A DNA stretch of 64,000 nt, taken from positions 32,001 through 96,000 of the forward strand of contig CAWHDZ010000031.1 of the NCBI GenBank assembly GCA_963828255.1, read 5' to 3'. Origin of the DNA: an uncultured delta proteobacterium. GTDB lineage: Bacteria > Myxococcota > Myxococcia > Myxococcales > Anaeromyxobacteraceae. Position 1 is the stretch's first letter. Each line of letters begins with the position of its first letter. Below are positions 42,187-54,692 of this stretch, one piece after another. The position numbers and the translations under genes were made by a program. The notes beneath the pieces are model-generated. The model saw only the letters and a program-made list of their open reading frames with translations, was not told the DNA's origin and searched no databases.

Positions 42187-43728
42187 TTTCCGGCCCTCCC
42201 CCGGCGCCGCGTGCGCCGCACCGGCTCGGCGCCCCGCACCGGCGAGGCCTTGCCGTCGAGGTCGCGCGACTCGGCCTGGGCCACCGCCGTGAAGAGGGCG
42301 CGGGCCTTGTTGACCGTCTCCTGGTACTCGGCAGCCGGCTTCGAGTCGTAGACCAGCCCGGCCCCGGCCTGCACCGAGATGCGCCGACCCGACTGCATGA
42401 GCGTGCGGATGGCGATGCACATCTCCATGTCGCCGCCCCGGTCGAAGTAGCCCACCGCGCCGGCGTACGGTCCGCGCCGGGCCGGCTCCAGCTCGTCGAT
42501 GATCTCCATGGCCCGCACCTTGGGCGAGCCGGAGACGGTGCCGGCCGGGAAGCCGGCCCGCAGCACGTCCACCGAGTCGAGCCCGGCGGCGAGCCGCCCC
42601 TTCACCTCGGAGACCAGGTGCATGACGTGCGAGTAGCGCTCCACCGTCTTCAGCTGCGTCACCCGCACCGAGCCGGTGGCGCTCACCCGCCCCACGTCGT
42701 TGCGCCCCAGGTCCACGAGCATGACGTGCTCGGCGTTCTCCTTGGGATCGGCGCGCAGCTCCTCCTCGAGCCGCCGGTCCTCCTCGGGGTCCTTCCCGCG
42801 CTTCCGCGTCCCGGCGATGGGTCGGAGCGTGACCTCGCCGTCCTCGAGCTTGATGAGGGTCTCGGGCGAGCTGCCCACCAGCGCCTGCGTCCCGTTCTGG
42901 AGGTAGAAGAGGTACGGCGACGGGTTCACCCGCCGCAGCGCCCGGTAGACCTCGAAGGGCGGCACCGAGACCTCGGCGTCGAAGCGCTGGGAGAGCACGA
43001 TCTGCTGGCAGTCGCCGGCCTTGACGTACTCCTGGGCGCGCCGAACGGCCCGCTCGAAGGCCTTCCGCTCCACCCGGGGGCGCAGCTCGGCGGCGTGGCG
43101 GTTCGGGGGAGTCCGGCGGTCCCGGAGCGGACGGGAGAGCGCCGCCATGGTCCCGCCGATGCGGGCCAGCGCGGCGTGGTAGAGGGCGCGCGGGTCGTCC
43201 CCCGCCTCGCAGCGGACCTCGGAGATGACGTGCAGCGAGTGGCGCAGGTTGTCGAAGGCGACCACCTGGTCGAAGTCCATGAAGAGGGCGTCGGGGAAGC
43301 CGAGCTCGTCCTCCCGGGCCACCGGGACCCGGGGCTCGAAGAGCTTCACGGCGTCGTAGGAGAGGAAGCCGACGAGGCCGCCCGAGAAGCGGGGGGTGCC
43401 GGGGATGCGAACCGCCTGGTGGCCGGAGAGCTCGCGCCGGATCCAGGCGATGGGGTCGGCCGGTTGCCCGAGCCGCCAGGACATCGAACTCCTGGGGCCG
43501 GCGCCGAGGAAGCTGAAGCGCCCGGAGCGCTCGCCCCCCTCCACCGACTCGAGCAGGAAGGCTTGCCGCTTCCCGCGGGAGAGCTTCAGGAACGCCGAGA
43601 CCGGGGTCTCGGTGTCGGCCTCGATCTCGACGCGCACGGGGATGGCGCGCCCGGGCTTGCACAGGCTCTCGAACGTCGCGAGGTCGGGGGAGGCGCGCAG
43701 GGAGTCAGCGCCAAAGAAACACCGTCAT
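42183..43728 (-). CDS. trpE: Anthranilate synthase component I; full-length product inferred via +1 frameshift at CTT-TGG (join 43728..43714 to 43712..42183; 514 aa)
   Basis: [46 protein letters not shown]. TrpE-like N-terminus ([10 protein letters not shown]...[18 protein letters not shown]) runs upstream of the first in-frame GTG (43637). Gene identity is certain; the start mechanism is inferred. Confidence 0.9.
43705..43728 (-). promoter_or_regulatory. 7-codon Trp-containing ORF MTVFLWR* / candidate +1 frameshift cassette
   Basis: ATG ACG GTG TTT CTT TGG CGC TGA; ATG overlaps the panD stop (ATGA). Confidence 0.7.
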
Positions 43729-44120
43729 GCGACCACCCGCCTGGCCGGGCCGGCGATCTCGACCACGTCCCTGGCGACCACCTTGTTCTCCGCGTCCACC
43801 AGCACCACCTTGGGGACGTGGGTGCGGGCCTCCGCCTCCTCGTACTCGGCGAAGGTGGCGAGGATGACCATGTCGCCGGGGCGGTTCAGGTGGGCCGCGG
43901 CCCCGTTGATGCAGATGACGCCGCTGCCGCGCGCGCCCTTGATGGAGTAGGTCTGGAGCCGCGTCCCGCGGGTGATGTTCCACACGTGGACCGCCTCGAA
44001 CTCCAGGATCCCGGCTGCGTCGAGCAGGTCCTCGTCGATGGAGACCGAGCCCTCGTAGTCGAGGTCTGCCTGGGTCACCGTCGCGCGGTGTATCTTGGAC
44101 TTGAAGAGCGTGCGGCGCAT
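43725..44120 (-). CDS. panD: Aspartate 1-decarboxylase
   Basis: [19 protein letters not shown] (self-cleavage G-S), G.RL.TY, INGAAA. Confidence 0.97.
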   Translation of the reverse strand: MRRTLFKSKIHRATVTQADLDYEGSVSIDEDLLDAAGILEFEAVHVWNITRGTRLQTYSIKGARGSGVICINGAAAHLNRPGDMVILATFAEYEEAEARTHVPKVVLVDAENKVVARDVVEIAGPARRVVA

Positions 44121-44152
44121 GATCGGGTTTTCTACCCGGAGGGAGGCTTTCG

Positions 44153-46849
44153 ATCAAGGCATCCGGTGAAAGGGAGGCGGGGCAGGACCCGATCGCGGCC
44201 CGGCGGCTGCGCATCCTGGCCGAGGCCCGCGCGCGCGGAGAGCCCTTCCTGCGCCTCGATCCGGCGCGCCTGCGCTTCCAGCTGGGGACCTCCCACGCCG
44301 ACCTGCGGGTCCCGGTGGCGCTCTCCCCCGACGCCGCCGCGCTGGTCCGAGGGGCCGTGGACCAGCTGGGGCTGCTCCTCAGCATCCAGCACGGCCGCTT
44401 CCTCCCGGCCGACGAGCTCGACCGGCTCTACCTCCGGGAGGACTACGCCTCCCTCCCGGCCGTCGTGGACCGGCTCGCCCCCACCACCGGCGGGCCCGAC
44501 CTCCGGGGCGCCGCCCGGCTGGCCCTGGCGGCCCACCCCGCCCTGCACGGCGGGCTCTTCACCGCCTGGATGGGGCCGGGGGGCCGGGGGCGGTCCCTGA
44601 CCGCGCTCTGGATCGGGGCGCTCCGGGGCGCCGGCGTGGAGATGGAGTCCTCGCCCCGGCAGGAGGAGACCCCCTTCCTGGTCGCGCTGGCCCTCTCCGG
44701 AGCGCTCCAGGCAGCCGCGGCAGGGCTGCGGGACGTCCTTCCCCGGGCCCCCCACGACCGCCACCTGCGAACCGCCGCCCTCACCGCCCTCTGGGTGTCG
44801 GCGCGCACGGCGGTGTCGCGGTTCGCACGGGACGGCGGGCTCCGGGACGACGACCCAATGCTCCTGCGCATCGAGGCCGTGGTGAACCCCGCCGCGCTGG
44901 CCGGTGGCCGCGGCGGCCTCTCCGGTGGGGGCTCCACCCTCTACGGTCCGGAGCTCCTGGCCGGGATTCCCCGGGCCGAGGAGCTGGGGACGGGGCTCAT
45001 CGCCGGGGGGGAGCCGGACGTCGTCATCGGGGCGGTGGCGTCCGCGCTGGCCGAGGACGAGGAGGCCTCCCGCAAGGCCGAGGGGGCGGTGGCGCTCTGG
45101 AGGCTCAGGAGCCTGCTCGTCGCGGCCGGCCTGGCCGCCGAGGAGGCCCGGAAGGGCGCCGCGGCCGCCGACCTCCGGTCCGTGCTGCTCGCACCGGGGG
45201 GGCTCTCGCAGGCCATCTCCGACGAGTCGGGGCGACACGACCTGGCCGGCCGCATCCAGGGGGCGCTCTCCGGCGCGGTGGCCGGGGACGGCGCCGGCGC
45301 GCTCGAGCAGGCGCTGCGCGCCCTGCGGGCCTGGAAGCCGCGCGAGCCGGCCACGGCGGTCGGGCTCCGGCCCGACGAGGCGCGGCAGATCTACGGACTC
45401 GCGGCGGCCGGCCTGCTCGCCGACCAGACGCTGGAGCGGCTCGCCCTGCCGGCCCGCCGGGCGCTGGTCCCGCCGTCCGGGGCCGGCACCCCCGACGCGG
45501 AGTGGGAGGCGGGGCGGCTCTACCGGATCTCGGCCCGCCCGGCCCCCATCCTGGTGGCGGCCCGGGAGCTGCCCATCGCCCACCTGTTCGCCGACGTGAA
45601 GGACTTCACCCGGCGTACGAGCCTGCTGGGGCCGGCGTCCATGGCCGAGTTCCTCCGGCGCGAGTTCTACCTGCCCATCCTGTCCGCCGCCAAGGCCCGC
45701 TTCACCGGCATGGAGCACCTGGCCGACCGGGGCGGCGTCTCGGTGAACAACCTGCTCGGCGACGCCATCTCCCTCTCCGGCGACATCGAGGCGCTGGTGT
45801 CGCTCGCCGCCGAGATCCGGCGTCTGCTCTCCGCCTACGAGGAGCGGCTCACCCGGGAGGTCTCCACCACCGCCGTGGCCGGGAGGGTGACGGCGCTCGA
45901 GGAGCGGTTCCGCGGAGAGATCGCGCGGGCCCAGGCCGCGCGGAGCGAGGCCCGGGCCGCCGCCGAGCGGGCCGCGCCGGGCAGCCCGGAGCGCAGCGAG
46001 TCGCTCCGTCGCGCGGCGCTGCACGCCGCCGCCGCGGCGCGGCTCACCGCCGAGATGGAGCGCGACGTGTCGCGCACCCGCGGGGAGGGGCTGGAGGCCG
46101 GGGTCTTCGTCTCCTTCGGTCCGGCGCCGCTGGTGGTGTCGATCGACGACGAGGCCTTCGGCCACAACCGCGTGGCCATCGCCGAGAAGATCAACGAGTC
46201 GGCCCGTGGGACGGCCCGCGCCTCGCCGGCCCGCGCCCGCTCCGACCAGCTCCTCGCCGCCGCTCGCCTGGCCCAGGGCAACCCCGGGCTGCGCCACGCC
46301 TGGAGCCTCTTCATCGGCCAGCCCCTCACGCTCTCCATCCCGCCCGACGCGGCCGCCGACGTCCTCCGGGCGGCCCGGGCCGGCGACATGACCGCCGCGA
46401 TGCGGGCGGTGGCGAAGCCCGTCCGGCGGGCGCTGGAGGCGGCGGCACGGGCCGAGGACGAGGGGTCGGGCGACGTCTACAACGCCGGCGCCGCGCTCTC
46501 CGAGGAGGCGCTCACGGCCTGGCTCGAGGCGGTGGGGACGAAGCGCACCGTGCGCCGCGTGGAGATCGATCCGGCCGAGATCCCCCAGGAGGTCACGCAG
46601 CGCTGGTGGTTCGGAGTGGGGCCCCAGAGCCTGGTGGTCACCTTCCAGGCCGACGGGCGCCCCGCCGAGATGTTCCGGCACGTGGGGCGGGCCTGGTTCA
46701 AGGGGCTCGGCGAGGTGCCGGTCTGGGAGCTCGCCGCCGACACCGGCGGCCCCGCGGCGCTCTTCCAGGCCATGGGCGGGTCCTGGAAAAACGGGCGGGA
46801 GGGGCAGCCGTCCCGCCCGGAGGCGGTCAGCCCTTCGGCGGGTTCTTGA
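44153..46849 (+). CDS. Large protein with a divergent class III nucleotidyl-cyclase-like domain; probable non-canonical ATC start
   Basis: [22 protein letters not shown] motifs. Frame is open and coding-like from an ATC 6 nt after GGAGG; first canonical start is GTG 44315. Confidence 0.6.
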   Translation: MKASGEREAGQDPIAARRLRILAEARARGEPFLRLDPARLRFQLGTSHADLRVPVALSPDAAALVRGAVDQLGLLLSIQHGRFLPADELDRLYLREDYASLPAVVDRLAPTTGGPDLRGAARLALAAHPALHGGLFTAWMGPGGRGRSLTALWIGALRGAGVEMESSPRQEETPFLVALALSGALQAAAAGLRDVLPRAPHDRHLRTAALTALWVSARTAVSRFARDGGLRDDDPMLLRIEAVVNPAALAGGRGGLSGGGSTLYGPELLAGIPRAEELGTGLIAGGEPDVVIGAVASALAEDEEASRKAEGAVALWRLRSLLVAAGLAAEEARKGAAAADLRSVLLAPGGLSQAISDESGRHDLAGRIQGALSGAVAGDGAGALEQALRALRAWKPREPATAVGLRPDEARQIYGLAAAGLLADQTLERLALPARRALVPPSGAGTPDAEWEAGRLYRISARPAPILVAARELPIAHLFADVKDFTRRTSLLGPASMAEFLRREFYLPILSAAKARFTGMEHLADRGGVSVNNLLGDAISLSGDIEALVSLAAEIRRLLSAYEERLTREVSTTAVAGRVTALEERFRGEIARAQAARSEARAAAERAAPGSPERSESLRRAALHAAAAARLTAEMERDVSRTRGEGLEAGVFVSFGPAPLVVSIDDEAFGHNRVAIAEKINESARGTARASPARARSDQLLAAARLAQGNPGLRHAWSLFIGQPLTLSIPPDAAADVLRAARAGDMTAAMRAVAKPVRRALEAAARAEDEGSGDVYNAGAALSEEALTAWLEAVGTKRTVRRVEIDPAEIPQEVTQRWWFGVGPQSLVVTFQADGRPAEMFRHVGRAWFKGLGEVPVWELAADTGGPAALFQAMGGSWKNGREGQPSRPEAVSPSAGS

Positions 46850-48269
46850 GGTTGTCGGCGCAGATCCGCTCGTAGAACGATCCGTCCACCTTTGCGCCGG
46901 TCTTGCGAAGCTCGGCGGTCCGCGTGAGCTGCTCGTCCACCATCTTCTGGAAGACCTCGTAGGGCTGGGCCCCGACCACCTGGCGGCAGTTCACGTAGAG
47001 TGTGGGGGTGCCCTGGGGCGCCACCTGGGCGCCGAGCTTGGCGTCCTCCTCGACGCGGGCCCGCGTGGCCGGGGCTGCGCTCGACGCCTGGAACTTCGCC
47101 ATGTCGAGCCCGAGCTTCCTCGCCTGGACGCCGTACTGGTCGGGGGAGAGCTGCGCCTGGTTCTGGAAGAGCGCCTCGTGCATCTCCCAGAACTTGCCCT
47201 GCTCGCGCGCCGCCTCGGCCGCCAGCGCCGCCGGCATCGCCTGCGGGTGCATGGCGAGCGGCAGGTGCTTCCAGACCACGCGGACGTCGGCGGGGTAGGC
47301 CTTCAGCAGCTGGGTGAGCGACGGCTCCACGCGGCTGCAGTACGGGCACTGGAAGTCGGAGAAGACCACCACCGTCACCGGGGCGTTGCGGGGACCCTTC
47401 TGCGGGTCGTCGGGGCGGAGCTCGATCTTCTGGACCTGCGGCGGCGGGGGCGGGGGGGCGGCCTGGGCCGCCTGCTGCCCGGCCGCGACCGGGAGCATCA
47501 CCGGTGCGCTGGCCGCACCCTCCATGATGCGGGCGTAGACGTCCTTCGCCGCGACGCCCGACCTCACCAGGGCCTCGGCCCTGGCCAGCTCCTCGTCCAC
47601 GACGGACTTGAAGGTCTCGTAGGGCACCGCGCCCGGGATCTTGCGGCCGTTCACGAAGAAGGTGGGGGTGCCGTTGGCCCCCAGGCCGGTGACGAGCGCC
47701 TGGTCGCGCTTGATGCGGGACTCGTGCCGCTTGTCGTCGAGGGCCTTGCCGAAGGCTGCCATGTCGAGCCCGGCGGCCTTCGCCACGGCCTCGAGGGCCG
47801 GGCGGTCGAGCGCCGGGGCCGAATCGAAGAGCCGGTCGTGCATCTCCCAGAACTTGGACGGGCCGCCCTGGGCGCGCCCCTCCTCGGCGGCGATGGCGGC
47901 CGGGAGCGCCTTGGCGTGGAAGGGGAGCGGGTTGTGCTTGAAGACGAAGCGCACCTTGCCGCGGTAGGCCTCCTCGATCTGCTTCGTGGCCGGACCGACC
48001 CGCTTGCAGAAGGGGCACTCGAAGTCGGAGGACTCGACGATGGTCACGAGTGCGTCCGCGGGACCGCGGGCCGGCGAGTCGTCCACCGGGACCTTGTAGA
48101 CCGCCTTGGGGTCCTCCTGGGGACGCGGGGGAGGGCGCTGCTGGGGAGGCAGCTCGGAGGGGCGGGCCGCAACCGGGCCGACCCGCGGGCCTCCTCCCGC
48201 CATCCGGTCGCCGACCACGCCCAGGACGATCCCCACGACCAGTGCCAGGATCCAGCTCGTGTGCTTCAT
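46827..48269 (-). CDS. DsbA-family protein with two thioredoxin domains
   Basis: SDFECPFC and SDFQCPYC; GTPT cis-Pro loops; N-terminal anchor. Confidence 0.92.
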   Translation of the reverse strand: MKHTSWILALVVGIVLGVVGDRMAGGGPRVGPVAARPSELPPQQRPPPRPQEDPKAVYKVPVDDSPARGPADALVTIVESSDFECPFCKRVGPATKQIEEAYRGKVRFVFKHNPLPFHAKALPAAIAAEEGRAQGGPSKFWEMHDRLFDSAPALDRPALEAVAKAAGLDMAAFGKALDDKRHESRIKRDQALVTGLGANGTPTFFVNGRKIPGAVPYETFKSVVDEELARAEALVRSGVAAKDVYARIMEGAASAPVMLPVAAGQQAAQAAPPPPPPQVQKIELRPDDPQKGPRNAPVTVVVFSDFQCPYCSRVEPSLTQLLKAYPADVRVVWKHLPLAMHPQAMPAALAAEAAREQGKFWEMHEALFQNQAQLSPDQYGVQARKLGLDMAKFQASSAAPATRARVEEDAKLGAQVAPQGTPTLYVNCRQVVGAQPYEVFQKMVDEQLTRTAELRKTGAKVDGSFYERICADNLKNPPKG

Positions 48270-48314
48270 CTGTATCGCTCCTGCGTGTTCGGGGCCGCCG
48301 GACGCGGCCCGGGT

Positions 48315-48830
48315 CTAGAAACGGGCGAAGGCGCCGCCGCGCACGATGAGGGGCGTGCCCGCTCCGCTCGAGAGCGGGAAGCCGCTGTCGGCCTCCAGCA
48401 TGAATCCCAGGGAGTCGGTGATCCGGAGGGCGGCCCCTCCTCCCAGGAGCATCCAGCGCCAGGCCAGGTAGCCGACCTGCGTGGAGGCGTCGAAGGCGGC
48501 GCGCAGGTAGAACGGGGTCTCGGGGATGAACCACGCCAGGCCCGGGCGGATGGCGAAGGAGGCCGTCGGAGCCATTCCCAGCGCCATCGAGAGCTGGGGC
48601 GCGAGCCCGAAGAAGACCTCGTAGGCCACCCCGACCTCGAGCTCGAAGATACCGGGCGGGTCGTAGGCCGAGCCGGTGCCGAGCTGGCCGCCGCCGCCCA
48701 GGTCCACCGAGAAGACGAGCCCCACAGGACGCGACTCGGCGGGGGGGTCGGCGGGGCGGGCCAGGCCGGGCGCGGCGAGGAGCGCGGCGGCAAGCACGCC
48801 GAGGAAGGGTCGAGCCAGGGGGTTCACCAT
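48315..48830 (-). CDS. Small outer-membrane beta-barrel protein
   Basis: Signal peptide, amphipathic strands, terminal Phe. Confidence 0.65.
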   Translation of the reverse strand: MVNPLARPFLGVLAAALLAAPGLARPADPPAESRPVGLVFSVDLGGGGQLGTGSAYDPPGIFELEVGVAYEVFFGLAPQLSMALGMAPTASFAIRPGLAWFIPETPFYLRAAFDASTQVGYLAWRWMLLGGGAALRITDSLGFMLEADSGFPLSSGAGTPLIVRGGAFARF

Positions 48831-48922
48831 CGGGGGCCGGAAGTTACCGCCGCCCCCTCCTTTGGGCAAGGAACGCGTAGGGCGGTTGCCCCCTTCCCCG
48901 GGCGGGGATAAACGGTGCGGCG

Positions 48923-49177
48923 ATGCACGCGCCGCCTCTGCCCGCTCCCGACCTCACCCTCGACACCTCGGGGCGGCTCTGCCCGTACCCCATCGTCGAG
49001 ATCGCGCGCGCCATGAAGGGGCTCTCCGCGGGCGCGGTGGTCTGCGTCCTCGCCACCGACCCCGGCATCGCCACCGACATGCCCATGTGGTGCCGGGCCA
49101 CCCGCAACGAGCACCTGGGGACCTTCCGCGAGGGGGCCTCCTTCCGGAGCTGGGTGCGGAAGCGGGGGGCGCCGTGA
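48923..49177 (+). CDS. tusA: TusA/SirA-family sulfur carrier
   Basis: LDTSGRLCPYP, ATDPG...DM..WC. Confidence 0.88.
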   Translation: MHAPPLPAPDLTLDTSGRLCPYPIVEIARAMKGLSAGAVVCVLATDPGIATDMPMWCRATRNEHLGTFREGASFRSWVRKRGAP

Positions 49178-50226
49178 AGGCGCGCAAGGCCATCGGGATG
49201 ATCTCGGGCGGGCTCGACTCCACCCTCGCGCTGGCGCTCATGAAGCGGCAGGGCATCGAGGTGAAGGCCGTCAACTTCTACACCGGCCTCTGCATCACCG
49301 AGACCCAGCGGCGCAAGGGCGGACGCCCCGACGGCAGCATGCCGCAGAACGAGGCGCTGCGCGCCGCCGCCGACCTCGAGGTGGACATCGAGTACGTGGA
49401 CGTCTCCGACCAGGGCTATCTGGAACTGATCGTGAACCCGCGCTACGGGTACGGGGCCAACGCCAACCCCTGCGTGGACTGCCGCATCTTCATGATGCGC
49501 AAGGCCCGCGAGATCATGGAGCGGGAGGGGGCCTCCTTCGTCTTCACCGGCGAGGTGGTGGGGCAGCGTCCCAAGAGCCAGCGGCGCGACACGCTGCGGG
49601 CCGTGGAGAAGGAGAGCGGCCTCACCGGCCGCCTGGTGCGCCCGCTCTCGGCGCGGCTCCTCGAGCCCTCCATCCCGGAGCGGGAGGGCATCCTCGACCG
49701 CTCGCTCCTGCTCGACATCAGCGGGCGCTCCCGGCAGCGGCAGATCCGCCTGGCCCGCGAGCTGGGAATCGCCGAGTGGCCCCAGCCCGCCGGGGGCTGC
49801 TGCTACCTCACCGACGCGTCCTTCTCCCGGAAGTTCTTCGACGTCCTCGACTCCCGCGAGGCCGCCGGCGAGGAGCGGCGCATCCGCAGGGAGGACCTGG
49901 TGCTGCTCTCCACCGGGCGTCACCTGCGCCTTTCACCAACCGTGAAAGTCGTGGTGGGCCGGAGCGAGCTGGAGAACTCCGTCCTCGACTCCTACGGCGA
50001 GGGGCGGGCCCGGGTGGCGGCCCGGGACCTGAACGGGCCGGTGGCGCTCGTCGAGGGCGACCCGACCTGGGAGGAGCGGCAGCTCATCGCCCGGATCGTG
50101 GCCCGCTACGGCAAGGGGAGGCACCTCCCCGAGGTGGTGATCGACTGGGCCGAGGAGGGGGTCGTCGAGGCGCTCACGGTCGCGCCGGAGCAGGACGAGG
50201 CGCGCATCGAGTCGATGCGGATCTAG
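49174..50226 (+). CDS. PP-loop tRNA thiolase-like protein (ThiI/MnmA-like)
   Basis: SGGLDS, NPCVDC, TGEVVGQRPKSQ, PAGGCC, GRHLRL. Confidence 0.82.
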   Translation: MKARKAIGMISGGLDSTLALALMKRQGIEVKAVNFYTGLCITETQRRKGGRPDGSMPQNEALRAAADLEVDIEYVDVSDQGYLELIVNPRYGYGANANPCVDCRIFMMRKAREIMEREGASFVFTGEVVGQRPKSQRRDTLRAVEKESGLTGRLVRPLSARLLEPSIPEREGILDRSLLLDISGRSRQRQIRLARELGIAEWPQPAGGCCYLTDASFSRKFFDVLDSREAAGEERRIRREDLVLLSTGRHLRLSPTVKVVVGRSELENSVLDSYGEGRARVAARDLNGPVALVEGDPTWEERQLIARIVARYGKGRHLPEVVIDWAEEGVVEALTVAPEQDEARIESMRI

Positions 50227-50398
50227 TCCATTTTCCACCTTTACACGCTCAACCCCCCGGCGGCACGGGACTTTGACAAAAGAAAGTTCCCCGGATTGAT
50301 GGGGGACAAGCCCGCAGGCACCCCCGAATCGCTACCACTCCGGGTGCACTCGCCCTCAAGGGGCGGTGCGAGGCGTACGATCCCGACGGGGGTTCCCC

Positions 50399-53269
<2,871 letters not shown>

Positions 53270-53373
53270 GTCCACCGGGGAGCGCATCACGCACGGGCGG
53301 AGCGCTCCACACAGGGGCGCTCTGCTCCATTTTTGACGCTGTCCCGTCCTTCGACGACAATGGCGATATCTCG

Positions 53374-54681
53374 ATGACCAGCCCCCGACTCGCCTCCTGG
53401 CTGCTCGCCGCCTTCGGGGCCTTCCTCCTCTTCCTCGCTCTCCCCTGGCCGGCGCCCGCCGCCGGCATCGACGCGCCGCCCGGAGCGCTCATCCTCGCGG
53501 GAGGGCACGAGGCCGAGCCCGCGCCGCTGCCCGGCTCCCCCCCGCGGGTCGCGCCGGTGATGACGCCCGTCCCCTCCTCCGAGCTCCGCCTCGCCGAGGC
53601 CACCCTGGATCGGGTCGCCAACCGGTACGTGGCGCCGCTCGGCTCCGGGAGCGCGGTGCTGACCACGGTCCCGCGCCTGCAGGAGCGCATCGAGAAGGTG
53701 CTCGCCGACCACCGGGTTCCCTGGGCCGCGGCCGTGATGCTCGAGCCCTCCACCGGCCGCGTGCTCGCCATGGCCGAGCACTCGCAGCGCGAACCCGGCC
53801 GCCGCGGCCTGTCGCTCGAGGCCCGCGCGCCTGCCGCCAGCGTCTTCAAGATCGTCACCAGCTCGGCGCTGCTCCGGCGCGGCTTCGAGCCGGGCGCCGA
53901 GGTCTGCTTCCACGGGGGGCAGCACCGGGTGAAGCCCGCCCTCCTCGCCGACGATCCGCGGCGCGACCGGCGCTGCCTCTCGCTCTCCTCGGCGCTCGGC
54001 AAGAGCGCCAACGTGGTGTTCGCCAAGCTCGCCGACCGTGCGCTCAACGCCACGCTCCTGCGCGCCGAGGCCGACCGCTTCCTCTTCAACCAGCCCATCC
54101 CCTTCGCCCAGCGGGTCGAGACCTCGCGCGCCGAGATCCCCGAGGAGCCCTTCGCGCTGGCCACCACCGCCGCCGGCTTCGGCCCGGTGCGCCTGTCGCC
54201 GCTCCACGGCGCGATCGTGGCCGCCATCATCGCCAACGGCGGGGTCTTCGTGCCGCCCGACGTCGTGGCCTCGTCCTCGGGGGCCGTGCCGCACCTCTCC
54301 GAGGGGCCGCACCGCGTCCTCGATGCCCAGGTCGCCGCCGAGCTCTCCGCCATGATGCGGACCACCGTCACCGAGGGCACCGGGCGGCGCGCCTTCAAGG
54401 CGCCCCGCTCCCGGCAGTCGTCGATGCAGGGGCTCACCGTGGCCGGCAAGACCGGATCGCTCTCCGAGCCCGACCCCTTCCGCGACTACTCCTGGTTCGT
54501 GGGCTTCGCCCCCGCCGACAACCCGCGCGTCGCCTTCGCGGTGGTGGTGGTGAACGACCGCAACTGGAGGGTCAAGGCTCCCTGGGTGGCGCGCGCCGCG
54601 GTCGAGGCCTGGGCCGACTGGGAGGGGGGACGTCCCGAGGCGGTCACGCCGGTCAAGCGGGCCCGGGCCCGCAAGCCGTAG
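53374..54681 (+). CDS. Penicillin-binding transpeptidase-domain protein
   Basis: SxxK (SVFK), SxN (SAN), KTG; N-terminal hydrophobic signal. Confidence 0.88.
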   Translation: MTSPRLASWLLAAFGAFLLFLALPWPAPAAGIDAPPGALILAGGHEAEPAPLPGSPPRVAPVMTPVPSSELRLAEATLDRVANRYVAPLGSGSAVLTTVPRLQERIEKVLADHRVPWAAAVMLEPSTGRVLAMAEHSQREPGRRGLSLEARAPAASVFKIVTSSALLRRGFEPGAEVCFHGGQHRVKPALLADDPRRDRRCLSLSSALGKSANVVFAKLADRALNATLLRAEADRFLFNQPIPFAQRVETSRAEIPEEPFALATTAAGFGPVRLSPLHGAIVAAIIANGGVFVPPDVVASSSGAVPHLSEGPHRVLDAQVAAELSAMMRTTVTEGTGRRAFKAPRSRQSSMQGLTVAGKTGSLSEPDPFRDYSWFVGFAPADNPRVAFAVVVVNDRNWRVKAPWVARAAVEAWADWEGGRPEAVTPVKRARARKP

Positions 54682-54692
54682 CCGGCGGTCCG

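Noticed and set aside
43635..43700. trpE initiation at GTG 43637 or CTG 43700
   Set aside because: Neither has an SD. GTG 43637 would delete TrpE-like N-terminal sequence (PDLATFE...IPV). Kept only as refuting alternatives.
43725..43727. panD and trpE are in the same frame, so UGA readthrough could give a PanD-TrpE fusion
   Set aside because: It would insert an odd RCFF linker. Trp-tRNA readthrough would raise TrpE when Trp is abundant, which is the wrong logic. The ATGA overlap matches the coupling pattern of the rest of the operon. Not formally excluded.
43640..43728. Classical transcription attenuator with MTVFLWR as leader peptide
   Set aside because: No terminator hairpin with a U-tract follows, and the downstream bases are themselves trpE coding sequence.
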